This document shows, in pieces, positions 42,114 to 56,835 of a stretch of DNA of 64,000 nt. Where the stretch lies: the NCBI RefSeq assembly GCF_006345805.1, contig NC_043009.1, forward strand, positions 32,364,001 through 32,428,000, in the 5' to 3' direction. The notes beneath the pieces are model-generated. The model was not told the DNA's origin. It made no database searches and saw only the letters and a program-made list of their open reading frames with translations. The DNA comes from Octopus sinensis (Eukaryota). The number at the start of each line of letters is the position of its first letter. The stretch's first letter is position 1. A program made the translations under genes and the position numbers.

Positions 42114-42253
42114 ATGTGAGAGTGTGTATGTGTCTATGTGTGTGACTGTTTGTGTGTGTATGCGAGTCTGTGTGTTTATGTATGTAAACAAATATATATA
42201 TGGAGACATTGTTTGGGCTAAAGGAATGCAACATATATATATATGTATATATA

Positions 42254-42298
<45 letters not shown>

Positions 42299-43297
42299 AT
42301 ATTATATATATACATATATATATATACATATATATATACATACATATATATATATGTATATATATGTATATATATACTATATGTATATATACTATATGTG
42401 TATGAATAATGTAAATGTATTTATATATACTTCTATTTTTCTCTGTCTACCTCTGTAATCGATATATATATATAACATAGACGTATGCATATGTATGTGT
42501 GTATACAAAGCTGCTTAACATTAATTCAAATATATGCAATTATATATCATTTCAATTAAAAAAAATATGTTTTTATATTACTTTTTGACATTCACATGAA
42601 TGTATTTGCTTTTGAAAGACTTTTTCAAAATAGCAAACATTTACAGAAAGCTCTGTGGAGTTCACAAACTGGGTAGATATTCAGGGCTAATATATTCTAA
42701 AATACAGTGCATAGTATTCAAATGAAAGTTGATGTATTTGAATTAATATAATTACTGCATGAAATTCGTTTCCATACAATAATTTTTTGTATACATCTGA
42801 TTTTCTAAAACATATTTATGACGCTAATTAAAAAACTAAAACAAACAAAAATGAAGACTTCATTTAGGTATATAGTTAGAATTACATACTTCTCCACCCT
42901 AAAACTAACAGATCATTCGTCAGCAATGTTATTATGTCTTTTTTTTCTCTTTTTTTAAATAGTTTTCTTACATTAGTAAGAAAACTTCATTGATTTTAGT
43001 TTTCCGGAGTTTTAGACTTTTAAGTTAAATATGTTTGCTAAACTTATATTTTGAAATACAATATATCGTCAGGTCTATTCATAAAGGCGCCAATTACCCC
43101 CTTTTTAACTTCTAGTAATCGCGGTTACTTCGCGTTTACTCGGTTCTTAATATTTCAAAATATATTGTTCTCACTTGTTATTGATCAAAACAGCAAGCAG
43201 AAAAAGCTGTTACTACAGTTCATTTCATTCATATGTGTGTGTGTGTGTGTGTGCGTGTGTGTGTGCGTGTGTGTGTGTGCGTGTGTGTGTGTGAGTG

Positions 43298-43342
<45 letters not shown>

Positions 43343-43410
43343 AGGTATCTTGATGCGAATAGGAAATGTAGAACTCAACATATGAATAAATGTATATATT
43401 CTTTTATTAT

Positions 43411-43775
43411 TTTACTTGTTTAAATCATTTGACTACCACCATGCTGGAGCACTACCTGTGGTTGGAATTATTCTTTGTAAGTTTACTATTTATTCTATAG
43501 GTTACTTTAACCGGACCACCGCTAAGTTACGGGGACGTAAACACTCCAGCGTCGATTGTCAAGCGATGATTGGGGGGGGGGCAAATACACACACATACAC
43601 ACACTCACATGTACATACGACGGGCTTCGTTCAGTTTCCGTCTACCAAATCCACTCACAAGGCTTTGGTCGGCCCAAGGATATAGTAGAATTCACTTTTC
43701 CAAGGTGCCAGGTAGTGATACTGAACCTGGACTCATGTGGTTAGTAAGCAAGCTTCTTACCACACAGCCACGCCT
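43411..43775 (-). mobile_element. SINE family A, full-length copy
   Basis: Same module order as the 13535 copy: head GGCGTGGCTGTGTGGTAAGAAGC, CORE-like segment, TG tract, 3' module, tail. Confidence 0.88.
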
Positions 43776-43782
43776 GAGCATT

Positions 43783-43835
43783 TAGGCGCATGCGTGACAC
43801 CTTGGGCAAGTGTCTTCTACTATAGCCTCGGGCTA
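43783..43835 (+). mobile_element. SINE family A head/CORE-like fragment, head-to-head with the previous copy
   Basis: TAGGCGCA...GACACCTTGGGCAAGTGTCTTCTACTATAGCCTCGGGC. Confidence 0.75.
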
Positions 43836-44325
43836 ATATTTTGATGGAATTCAATAGACGCATTTAGAGTCAAACATTAATTCTATTCACTCTCTATTAA
43901 CACCTGGAAAAAAACTGATAGAACACTCAGATATTTTTGATTTAATTAGACTTATATTTAACTACCAATTTCCTATGTGCACTGGTTTTAAGTTGAGAAC
44001 ACCTAGTATCTTCTAGCCACAAATAAATAAGCTCAGTTCGCTTCGAAGCTCTCATGTTGAAGGACCTTGAATGAAGGTGCTTAGAAGATTATGCTCGGTT
44101 GCTCATACTCTGTGCAGCAGAAAAACGCGTCGGTTAATTATGACAATTTAATTATGTTGCATGACCAACTATAAAAGAAAAGAAAAAAATGAAAATGTAC
44201 CACTCCCCGTTTTCTTTATAACTGTTTGAAATACACGGATACACACATTCATATACACACATATATATGTATGTGTGTGTGTGTGTGTATGTAAATTTAT
44301 ATATATATGTATATATATATATAGG

Positions 44326-44474
44326 CACTGTTGTGGAGACAAAAAGACAGAGTACGTGAAAGAACATCGCTGGCCCCGAGATGGGTGTATGTTGGTGAGA
44401 AACACATGCGCTCCTAAGCACATGAAGGTGCTTAGAAGTGTATAGTGCATATATACATATATACATACACTATA

Positions 44475-44525
<51 letters not shown>

Positions 44526-45270
44526 ATGTATGTGTGTGTGTGTACGTATTTATTTATGCACATGTTCATGCGTGTATATACACTCACATATTCCTATGTC
44601 GTCCTACGCCCTTTCTCGCTACAAAAACTCTTATGGATACATACAATCGATGGGAAGCAGTCAAATTTCAAACGCATACATACAAACTGATAGAAAACAT
44701 CATAAACACACGTTTGGTATTTCACCAGGCTTAACTGAAGTAGCTCAATATTTCATACATACTTCGTATATTTTAGCTTGTTAACCACTTAGATATTTCT
44801 TATTCCATATACCTACTGACTCTTAAATAGCTCAAAGGTACGTAGACATCTACGTGTTCTATATGGAGTACCTATGTATTCTATATACCTACTGACTCTT
44901 GTGATGGAATGCTTAAAGGTAAAACATACACTTCAATGGGAAAATAAATTCGCTGTTATTAAACTATGAACGAATGACCTATAAGACTTACAATTGAAGC
45001 GAAATAATATAAAACACGATCAAAGATACACACAATATAAAACATCGCTTTCCTTAATGATAATGGTTGCATATGCAAAGACTTTAATAGTATTTATACT
45101 GTCACACCAGCAATGACCAGAGCTTTTAAACTACTTGACTACATTCCTGAATTACCCCACCGTTAAAAAAACTCACCCGTCATTTTCATAAAGTTTCTCA
45201 CCAACACACACACACCTCGGGGCCAGCGATGTTTTTTCACGTACTCTGTTTTTTTGTTCCTACAACAGTG
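44326..45270. repeat. Pair of about 78-bp inverted repeats enclosing about 790 bp (possible non-autonomous DNA transposon)
   Basis: CACTGTTGTGGAGACAAAAAGACAGAGTACGTGAAAGAACATCGCTGGCCCCGAG...TTGGTGAGAAAC (44326-44403) is the reverse complement of 45193-45270. No clear TSD. Confidence 0.75.
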
Positions 45271-46747
45271 ACATCCTTTTGGAAATTAACTTCCGCTGTA
45301 TTATCGCCGGGACGAGAACGAGCTGCTCTTCTATAACCTGCACTCCTACTTCTCGTTTTTCATTTCTTTCCCCCTCTTGAATTTCTTATTATATCCCGCT
45401 TTTTAGGCCTTATCCTAATCACTATATTTTGTCATATTTCCCTTGACCACCTTGTACATGAATTCCTGCAATACCCATATTTACTACAGAGAATCCATTC
45501 CCTTGAATCCAACATCCACATGCTTGAGATGCTGAAGCAGATCAAGAAATAAACATTTCTTCCAGGTCAGTCTCTCAAGAGACAGATCAGGTAACTTCTT
45601 CAAAGTCCCTAGACATGGTCACTTTCCCCCTGACAGAAACATTTCATAGGGATAGCAAACAAGGAACATGATTTAAATACAATGTGGGCGTTAATGAATA
45701 TTTAATATGAAGATTTGCCTGAGAATAAACAGAGGCTCTGCAAGAATGGGACCCGGTTCAGAAACAACACTGCACTTTAGAGACGTCCCCTCAAGTGAAA
45801 GACTGATTGAAGCCTCATTACTGCATCTCTAACCCGCATCTGTGACTCTAAAGAAACAAAGAAAAATCATTATGATTTTGGATAATACTTGACCTATGTA
45901 CGCTGGCAGAAACCGAACCCTCAAAGGCTATTGGTGAAAACATCAACGGAAATATTCATTGACTTTATTTAATGCTAGATGAATAGTATTAATTATATTC
46001 ATGTTATTAGCATCAAAATAAGATAAATATTTTGATACCAAAATTAACTACAAGATAAGCTTTTAAAAACTAACGTTTTCCCTAATGAATGTTTAAATTG
46101 ACATATTTTGAACAACAGCTTTATAATTGACTAATGACTAATAGTTCATCAAAAGGTTAGGCAAAACCGGAGTAAATTTACTATCTAATGATAAATTACA
46201 AGCATTAATTAAATCTGCATAAAGGAGTAGCTACTTATTGGAAAATAATGATCGGTTTTTATACATAAATACCTACACACAAACATACATTAGATAAATA
46301 GATCAGAGAAAAGCAACGGAAATCACAAGATTCTTTATTAAAATTCCTCCGCCCCTGTACTATCGATTGTTGTGCATCACAGGGGCAGATTGCGTCTCCT
46401 CAGATGACGTTTTAACCAAGACCTCGCTCTTTCTCTCTCGCTATTTCATTTAGTTCTATAACAATTTATATCTTGTAGGTAGCTATAGTATTCTAATAGT
46501 TTTCAGGAGAACGACTAGAGTACAGCAGCTCCCGAGGTACTCATGGATTGCTAGAGAAGTAAGTGAATTAGTGGGGAGAAAAAAAGCGAGGCACTTGTTT
46601 AAAAAGTCACCCGACGAAATGCAATCTGCAGCTGTGATGCAAAACAATCGCAGAGCGTCTGGTTTGTGAATTCCAGATGTAATATGAGTCGAAGCAATTA
46701 CAGTGAATTTGAATAAAGAATCTCGTGAATTCCATCTTCGGTTTATG

Positions 46748-46899
46748 TAAAGTCTACAGACACCAAGGACATTCTGAAGTAAATCCTGTAGCATATACAA
46801 TCCTACTGTTGTCGACATCAGGTAGCCAAACATTGTGGATGAGCTTTACACAGCATTCTACAAGATTTCTACCTTAGCTATATATGATTGTATAAACAC

Positions 46900-46930
<31 letters not shown>

Positions 46931-47097
46931 CATATATGTTTATACAATCATATATAGATAAGATATATTCGGGTACAAATCTTGTAGAATGCTGTGTAAA
47001 GCTCATCCACAATATTTGGCTACCTGATGTCGACAACAGTAGGATTGTATATGCTACAGGATTTACTTCAGAATGTCCTTGGTGTCTGAAGACTTTA
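46748..47097. repeat. Near-perfect inverted duplication (arms 46748-46898 and 46937-47097) around a (TA)-rich spacer
   Basis: The core of 121 nt has 2 mismatches; a short indel lies near the spacer; the right arm runs into (TA)n. Confidence 0.95.
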
Positions 47098-47122
47098 TAT
47101 ATATATATATATATTATATATA

Positions 47123-47178
<56 letters not shown>

Positions 47179-47195
47179 GTGTATATATATATATG

Positions 47196-47232
<37 letters not shown>

Positions 47233-49165
47233 ATGTATATATGAGTGTATGTATGTATGGCCATAAGTGCCTACAGTTTCATTCTATAATATGTAATATT
47301 ATTATTATAGTCAGTCCACCAATTCTTAATTCGTTTCCCGGTAAACTCTTCAAAGGAGGTTATTGAAGATTTCCCATTCGTTCTTGTAAACAGCGCCGCC
47401 ATCTACATATATATGAATTAAAAGAACTGCTAGAAGCTTTGTCCATCTTCAATGACGGTTATAGCCATCTGCGTATGAAATATATTCTTCGTGATTCTAT
47501 TAGTAAAATATAATTCATTCTCCTAATCTCTGATATCTCCATCATTTTGTAACGTTAACGTTGTTCATTACAGATATAATTTGCTCACAGATAGATATTT
47601 ATTCTTTCATATTTATTGAAGAATTTCAGTTCAATCATTTCGGAATTTGCAATGTTACTTTTGATACTAATGCATATTTCTCATCACTTTAGATCTTCAG
47701 GAATCAACAAAAACAGTAATTTCTGAACAGTTAAGTTCAGACCTTGCTCACTCATTATATATGTTTAAAATAGAGCAATAAATTTTCCATAGATTCACTA
47801 TAATCTTAGATCATTTCCCTTCCCATCTACCATATGTTTTCTGTATTTCTTTATTACTTAACTATGATTTTATTAATATCTATGATTATATTTTCTTACG
47901 TCTATTATATATTTATAGTTGAAACGGCGACTATACTCATTAACGAAGAACGCTTTCATGAAGTGCAGAATGAAAATGTTCTATTACAGAAATTATAACT
48001 ATTGTACATTAGTAATTGTATATGAAGTAAACGATGATATTAATGAGTTTCAAACAATTCATTAGCTCATTATGAACTTCCGTTTAATAACTAAACGTAA
48101 CACTGCTTTTATTTGAACTCATAACAAAACTATATAAAGGTTGGGTTGTTATAGACCAACAATTACTAAGTGGTCGTGAGCCAGTATGTTCGACTTAGAA
48201 ATACGAAAAGATATAAACTGCATATATGTGTGTGGGTGTATGGTGTGCATGTGTGTTTTTGTATATTTATATACGTATAAATTTACCTATATATATATAT
48301 CCATGTGTGGTATGTGTGAGTGTGTGTATGTGAGTCTGTGTGTATATGTCATGCATGTATACATATATGTATATATACATATGTATATGTTTAAGAATAT
48401 ATATGTGGATGTATATTCGTCTATATAAATATGCGTATATACATGTTTGTTTCTGCACGCGTGTGTGTGTGTTAATGCGCGATGTATGTGTGTGTGTGGG
48501 TGTGTGCATTGGAATAAATGAACGTGTGCATACGCTAGATTGATAGATGACTGCAAAGTTCGCTTTCCAATAAGAAAGTACCGCATTCTAGCCCACTGCA
48601 TGACATTGTGGGTGCCTTTTACGAATGCTGTGGATCAATACATAGATACATACATACACAAATACATACATACATACATACATACATACATACATACATA
48701 CATACATACATACATACATACATACATGCATGTGCGTGTATGGATGGATGGATGGATAGATGGATGGATGGATGGATGCATGCATGCATGATCGATTTGT
48801 CATTGTTAGTTCTCATAACTGAGCAGTATGCGCTTCGCTGAAAAGGTCTAATAAAAGTGAAAACTGCCTAATGTTTACGGACGGTTTGCAAGTAACCTCT
48901 CCCTTTGTAATCCATATTGCTTATATCATATTTACTTATAAATTGTTGTAGATTTTCCTCTTCTTTGAGGCTTTTACATTACTAAAAGAGTGAGATTAAT
49001 TTTTTTGCTAATCGCTGGAAAAATGTCCGTTGAGTAGAGTTCGCTAACTAAATCTATTATAGGAGCAAGACTCCGCCGTCTGTAGTCATTTTAGCGTTCA
49101 GAACGTATCCCTGAGATATTTTCCGCAGGAGTATATTTTTTCAATACTATTAAGAGAACATTAGG

Positions 49166-49365
49166 CGATCTGGCAGAATCGTTAGTAACTCTGGCAAAAT
49201 TCTTAGTGGCATTTCGTCCGTCTTCTCGTACTGAGTTCAAATTCTGTTGAGGTTGACTTTGCCTTTCCTCCTTTCGGGGTCGATAAAATGAATAACATTT
49301 AAGTACTAGGGTCAATGTTACCCTTCCCCCAAACTTGTTGGCCTTACGCTAAAAAATTTGAAATC
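49166..49365 (+). mobile_element. SINE family B copy
   Basis: GGCGATCTGGCAGAATCGTTAG...CTGAGTTCAAATTCTGTTGAGGTTGACTTTGCCTTTCCTCCTTTCGGGGTCGATAAAAT...GGCCTTACGCTAAAAAATTTGAAATC. Confidence 0.88.
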
Positions 49366-50696
49366 AATATTCTGAAGAACCAAATGCATGGCTCAGTTGA
49401 ACCAGATTCAATTTCATGAAGAATGTATTCACCGTGGTCCAGAAAATAAAAGTCAGACAATCTCACTTCGAACCACATTTCGAAGTATCTGAAATCGGTA
49501 AATCGGTCGCAGTTTTAAAAAATTTTGCATTTTTTCCTCCTTAGACAATTTGCGGTTTATGATGTTTCATCTAATTTACACGGACATATTTAAATAAATA
49601 TATTAATTAATTTGAATATAACTCCAGTCATTACACGCCCCTTGAATCTGCCTACGTGGTGAGCTGTGTTCAGGAGTGATAAGGTATGATTAAGTATTGG
49701 TCTCATTCGCTAACTTTTTATTTACTGGTGAAGCCATTGTTTCATGTAGACATATTAATTGATGATCTTGAGAAAATATGAATATCATATACTTTTATAT
49801 TTATATCTAGGATAACGCTTGGTCTGTGTGTAATAAATCACCACAACATGTTTTCGTCATTAACCAAATTTCACACAGAAACAACACGTAAGTAAAATTA
49901 ATGGCAAGAAATAGAATGACGGGACAATGATCTTTTCTCCATAGAATATTCGCTGATTTCATTATTGCGAAACTTAAAACATACATCAGAAAGTTCTAAC
50001 GTTGTAAGCCAGCCATGCAATAACTATAGGCGATCGACTCTGTCTAATATTGCCATTAATTCATTACTTTACCCAGCATATTGTCAGATAAATCTAGCTC
50101 CACACATATCATTGTTTTATTACCTGATATTTCTTTGTCAATATTCAACACTTAAACGATCATTACAACACAGCAAATCTTCTCACAAATACACTTACAC
50201 ACTTTCTTGTCCGTCTGTGGCTGCATGAGTATTTGTATGTGTGAGTGTGTGTGGAGAGAGACAGAGAAGGAAATAAAGTGAATTATGCGCGTGTACTATG
50301 AAAATATGTGTTCGTGTGTGTCCGTATAGGAATTGTCCTGGCAGGTGGAAACACATAACTGCGCCTGGGCCAGACAAAATACTTGCACAACTGACATTAG
50401 GAAGTATAGTCCGTATACAACATATATGTGTGTTTGTGTTTGCATGTGTATGAATGTATACACACACACACACACACACTCATATATATATATATATATA
50501 CACACACATATATATATAGATATATATATATATATATATACACATATATATATTAATATATACATATGTATATAAACATTATATATATATATATATATAT
50601 ATATATAACATATGTATATATATATAAACATGTATATACATATATATATAATATATATATATACATATACGTACATACGTGTATATATATAAACAT

Positions 50697-50798
<102 letters not shown>

Positions 50799-51687
50799 AT
50801 AACACACACACATACACATTCGTTATAATATAATATTATTCATATATTCATCAAACTGGCATTGTTTCAAAGTTATCACTGATGATAAAATAGATAGCGA
50901 AAAATTTCAAAACCTATATAAATCATATAAACGGAATTCATATATATAATGTTTACTTCGCTATTTATGTGTTACCTTTTGTCTTATTTTAATCTGTGCG
51001 CAAGTAACACCGATGTAAGAGAAATAAAAAGCCAAGGAAAATGAACAATGAAAGAAACATGACAGATCATCATCAACATCCGATTGTGCTGTTTTCTATG
51101 TTTTATTGATTTCTTTTGATTAGATAATAAGCTGATTTTAATAAAATACTTAATCTCTCTAATTACAAGAGATACTTAAAAAGATAATATAATATTCACA
51201 AGCAATGAACAAAATTGACACAGTGGCTTATAAAAGGTTTTAAATAAATATTTCCCCGTATCGACTCTACGTCGTTGAGGGATTTGCGAGAAATATGAAC
51301 CAAGTGACCCTCAAACTACAACCGCCTGACTTTAAAATTCTCCATACATTGTATAGTTTTGACCCGATACACTAACAGACAAAATAGTCACAATTTACAC
51401 CTAGCCTGGAGTTAAACCCAGATAATATCTGCATAACATCTGCATTAACTGTCGTCCCGTGCCTTATTATTGATGTGCATATCTAATGGTGTTCAGTGTA
51501 CCTAAGACAACGGTTTGTTAGCTGAGACTGTCTCTGATTATCTTAAACCGTGACTTGTACATATTGTTTCTGTTCTACGCAAACAACAAAAGTGGAATAC
51601 GAGTTAAAACTCCTAAATCCCGCTAAATATCATATCAGATACTTTTCTGAAACGGTCTGTTCATAATCTAAATATTGCTTTATTTAC

Positions 51688-51753
<66 letters not shown>

Positions 51754-51957
51754 TGATCTCAATAATCCGTTTGCAGTCATGCTGGAGCACCACTAGTAAG
51801 GATTTTTACACGATATTACAATTTCAGCATTTATTTCACTCTTTTACTGGTGTTTCATTATCGAAACATTACGTGACACGTTCTCTTAAAAAGAAAAAGG
51901 TGCCTTTCAGAAATGCATAGAGAAACACACATACACATAATTACACACATATACACA

Positions 51958-51992
<35 letters not shown>

Positions 51993-52497
51993 GCACAGGT
52001 GTTTGTGAATCTAGAATAGAAAATCACATAGCAAACATGTCTCACAGTTGAATCGAAATCGCAAATTCCTTTCCAAGTAAACTTCTTCAGGACAAGTCCT
52101 AAATATTGCACATGAAAAACGAAGTCCTAGTTTTTATAGTTAATTTGTTCAATCATAACTCATTCTTCAATAATTAATGATGTGTTTTCATCGAATTGTC
52201 CTTGTGTAAGCGCTTCTTATTTCCACAGTCCGTATTTCAGCTTCTGGAAAATTACTGCAGAGATATATAAACCTATCTATTATAGTTTAGAATAGTGGTT
52301 CTCAACCATGGTCGATGGTTATAAGCTTTTGGTGCTTAAATTTATGACCAATAAATTGCTTAAAATTTTTAATGCACAAAATCTTCAGCATAGAAGATAC
52401 CATTGGGAATCTTCTCCACCCATCCTCAAAATATGTCCAGCACAGCTACGATGAGGTACTGATAGACTCCACACTAAGAGTATACATATGCATATAT

Positions 52498-52761
52498 AGG
52501 CGCAGGCGAGTCTGTGTGGTAAGAAGCTTACTTCCTAACCACTTGGTACCGGGTTCAATCCCACTGCGAAGACATTGAGCAAATGTCTTCTACTATAGCC
52601 TCGATGTTGGTATGTTTACGGCCCCTTAACAGCTGTTCGACAAAAGAGACCGATAGAATAAGTAGCAGGCTTACGAGGAATACGTCTCGGGGTCGATAAG
52701 TTCGATTACATGGCGGTGCTCCAGCATGGCCGTAGTCAAATGACTGAAATAAGGAAAAGAA

Positions 52762-52765
<4 letters not shown>
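52498..52765 (+). mobile_element. SINE family A copy with an internal deletion
   Basis: Head GGCGCAGG...CCGGGTTCAATCCC and CORE-like segment join directly to the 3' module; tail GGCGGTGCTCCAGCATGGCCGTAGTCAAATGACTGAAAT. Confidence 0.88.
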
Positions 52766-52812
<47 letters not shown>

Positions 52813-52814
<2 letters not shown>

Positions 52815-53010
52815 TCTTTTACTTGTTTCAGTCATTTGACTGTGGACATGTTGGAGCATCGCCTTTAGTCGAGACCCCAGGACTTATTCTTTCGAAACCT
52901 AGTAATTATTCTATCAGTCTTATTTGCCGAACCGCTAAGCTACGGGGTCGTAAACACACCAGCATCGATTGTTAACTGATGTTGGTGGGTACAATTACAG
53001 ACACACGAAC
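52813..53010 (-). mobile_element. SINE family A 3' module, tail-to-tail with the previous copy
   Basis: Minus-strand tail GGCGATGCTCCAACATGTCCACAGTCAAATGACTGAAACAAGTAAAAG. Confidence 0.88.
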
Positions 53011-53018
53011 GTATACAA

Positions 53019-53122
<104 letters not shown>

Positions 53123-53133
53123 CACACACACAC

Positions 53134-53168
<35 letters not shown>

Positions 53169-53496
53169 TGATTTCTTACGGAAATCTTATGAGGCAATAC
53201 TTTCCAGTATTGGTAATATATCGGTATGATATATCATTTCGTATATTATCTAATAATATTGCACCAATTCTTTCATGAAAAGATGATGATGAAACAAATG
53301 TAAACATATGCAATAAAACGAGTTGGTCCATGCATTGTTGCTTGATAGTTATATAAACTCTTCGGATATTTATGATTTTCAGATTTTCCATCAGCGAAGT
53401 GATTCATTTTCATTGTATTATAATATCTGATAGCCGATGTCTGTGGACGGGCTTCATGGAGCAAAACTGTAAGGTTAAAACAGAAATCGAATTTAT

Positions 53497-53532
<36 letters not shown>

Positions 53533-53612
53533 TATATACATAGTATATATGTGTGTGTTCGTGTGTTGTTATGTGTGTTTGCGCACGTATGTCTATATAA
53601 ATGTATGTATAA

Positions 53613-53675
<63 letters not shown>

Positions 53676-55079
53676 GCACACGCACGTAATGTAAATAAAA
53701 TATACTCACACGCATGTTTATATGTGTGTAGGTACGTATACGCTATGTAGAACTATGGAGCTTTTCTTTTATCGGTCCTTTGATAAAGATCATTAAGAAT
53801 TCAACACTTCATAATGCTATAAACACATTCCAGTTCTTCGAAGCAGCATTGCCCAGTCATACAAGGCAATATCTGCAACATGATATGACGAATTGAAGAT
53901 TGTGAAGCGAGGTATCTCAATTCTGCAATCGCACTTGAGATATTTGGAATGAAATTATATCAATATATTTAACATAAGCATTTTCTAAAAGCAGAAAACT
54001 TAACATGCAATGCGTTAAATATTCATACACAGAACTTACAGTACATGATGTTATCGACATCCTCCTACTTCTAATACTACCACAATCTTTACTAAGCTCT
54101 ATACAATAATCTAATTCTCTTGTGCCCTCATAAGAGAAGCATGTCTTTCAACTAAATTCTTTACTTGCATCTAAGATTCTGCAGTTCTTTGCATGAAGTT
54201 GAAACAGAATTCCCTTTTGATTCTAAAAACAAAAGTGTTTTAGTGTGAAATATCTCAAAGGACAAAACGGTTTTTGCTGTCTTTTGAAAAGAAAAGGCAG
54301 AAGAGGCTAGCATTTCACAAGCAAAAAACCAAACCAAAATAAACGAATAAATACATAAGAATTGTCAAATGGTAAAAGCATGTTCTTAGCATATTATCTG
54401 ATATATCAGATAGTAGATATCAATTCTTAAACGAAGAACTAGATGCTAGTGCTATATATTTCCTCAAATTTCATTGCTACCGAAAAACTCTTTTACAAGG
54501 TGGTGCATTCAAAACAATTTTTTAACGACTGTCGATACAAAACTAAGATGGCAGTATGTCTTGGAAGTTGTTCTAACTCTTTATTGGTTGAGAATGGAAT
54601 GGGTTGGGCAAGTTCAGAAATTCAGAAATTATATCTTCTTGTTAGTTTTTCAGTAAGTGCTTTAAGAAAATCATGTAATATAGATATGTTATGCAATGAC
54701 AATGGTTGAATACACAGGGAGAAGACGTTCCCGAAGACACAGTGTGTACCTGGTACTGTAACTTATATTTATTGCCTTTTTCATCAATAACGTCGCTCTC
54801 AACTTAGTCATCATCATCAGCGTCATCATCATCAACTTCATCATCATCGTTGTCCCCATCACTATTGTCCTCGTCCTCGTCCTCCTCCTCATCATCATCA
54901 TCATAATCGTTGTTGTTATCATAATCCTCATGATGATCGATTCAATCAAATCAAATTATTTTTTATTGCTGACTTATTTCTTTATTCTTTATTCTTTAAA
55001 TCCTTCTCCAATATTTTCAGTGGATCTCATCTTTCTGTTGTTTCTTGCTCCATTCACGCCTTATATATTTCTAACTTAC

Positions 55080-55212
55080 TCCGTAATACAGAATTCCGTT
55101 GCCACAGCAACAAGCATGTGATCTGTTAACCCTGTCTTATAGACCTCTGCCAGAATCACTTGTCGAATGCACTTAGCAACAGTAACTCTCCCTTCGCTAT
55201 CTCCAGTGTATT
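55080..55212 (-). CDS. Candidate 133-nt exon of an unidentified gene (best splice signals in the window)
   Basis: Acceptor ttttttaattccatag|AA and donor GA|gtaagt. GC-richer than its flanks, with one open frame: YTGDSEGRVTVAKCIRQVILAEVYKTGLTDHMLVAVATEFCIT (phase 1 to 2). Confidence 0.55.
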
Positions 55213-56231
55213 CTATGGAATTAAAAAATATATCTTAATGAAGGAAACTATAAAATTGTACATGCAAAATATTCGAAAAATTATAGAAAGTTGTTAAACG
55301 CAGAACGAAACTAAATAAATTTTTAGGTATAACCTCTTCCTTCATCTCAAGACATTTCCAGCAAGCTTATACACACTTAAGAAATATTTCCTTTTTGATT
55401 ATCTTACAATCTTAATGAAGTGATTAAACATGTGCTCTAACTGCTTATCAATTAGTTTCTATTCAAGTGAAAATCTTAATTTTTGAAATTTAGTTTTATT
55501 TGTTTTAATGAAATGGCAAGTGCATCTATACAACCCAGTATAATACTCTAATAAAATATATTTCTAAAAGACAAAGAACATGGTTGAATATGGTTAGCGT
55601 GTATCTAAGATCACATTGAATATTTGCATTCATACGGCTGACTGTTGAGTACAAAGCCTGTACAACTAACTCTAGCTTCTATTTCCAGAACTAGAAATAT
55701 CAGCGTATCTAATATGTTAAAATAAATGTTTTTAATCTTTTACTGAGAATACTAACGTGATTTGTCAGACTAGAAAAAAAAAACTGATACTTAGCAAATA
55801 ATGAAAGGCACGTCAGTTTTTAACTAATTAGTGTTATGTGTAATTAGGATAAATTCTGAGTAAAATACTTTCAACATTCCCCCATTACTACATTTCCTGT
55901 AAGTTTGCACCCCGGTCCTCTGCTCAAATACTTGTAATTACTGATGCAGGATAGATCAGAAATATTTAAATTGAATCTATTCTCAGTTAATCAGCAATTC
56001 AGCAGGATTCTACAGAGATTAGCTGAGAGTTGAAATGAAGAGATTCTCTCATAGGAGACAATGGCCCTGTTATTAAATGACACAACTCTTTCGATTCTAC
56101 ATTAGCTTTACATAAATGCAAAGTCATGTTCAATCAATACACTTATGGTTGAAAATATTACTAAACTCAACAGAATTCTTGGTCATATTTGTTTTATTTA
56201 CTAACATTTTATTATAATTATTATCATTATT

Positions 56232-56490
56232 TCTTTTTATCACAGGTATTGTTGGAGCTCCTGGAATCTTGCATGCGTGGCGGGCTTGCTACCTGCGGCC
56301 TACGGTACCCTGTTATCCGTTCTTTTCAGCCAATTAATACTTTCCGGATTATTCTGACCGTTCTCCTAGGCACTACCAATTCCCTTGATATTTCTCTTGA
56401 TGTTCTCTGCTACAGTTCCCAAAGACCCAACAATAATCGGTACTATTTTCATTTTCCATAGCCGGGTGATTTCCTACTAAAGAGGGTTAT
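56232..56490 (-). mobile_element. R4/Dong-clade LINE short 3' fragment (same family as stack copy 2)
   Basis: EITRLWKMKIVPIIVGSLGTVAENIKRNIK...LGTVRIIRKVL and a 3' UTR matching 14951-15030. Lies between an (AAC)n array and a TAA-rich tract. Confidence 0.8.
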
Positions 56491-56835
56491 TCTTGTTGTT
56501 GTTGTTGTTGTTGTCCCTGATTATTCATGAGAACAATGTTGACATAGAAAATTAATTACATTGATAAATATGAAGGTATTCGCAATGAATGTTAAAGCAA
56601 TATATACCTGAATCCATCGCCTATCTGAATAACATCTATTAGGGGTTTTCCAGCTGTGACGTGTCCTTGGTGGCTAAATTCAGATCGTGCATTAATATGG
56701 CCTGGTATTAGCACGAAGTGGCAAAGAAACAATTATTTTTACGTTTTACATCAGCAAATATTCTGCGATGTCTGAGGAGCCGTTTTCCTGCAGGATTAGT
56801 TTGCATTGGAAGTTCGTTTTTTAATGGTTAATTAC

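Noticed and set aside
45380-45800. Possible decayed LINE fragment
   Set aside because: Manual translation of the three minus-strand frames gave no convincing RT or endonuclease motif.
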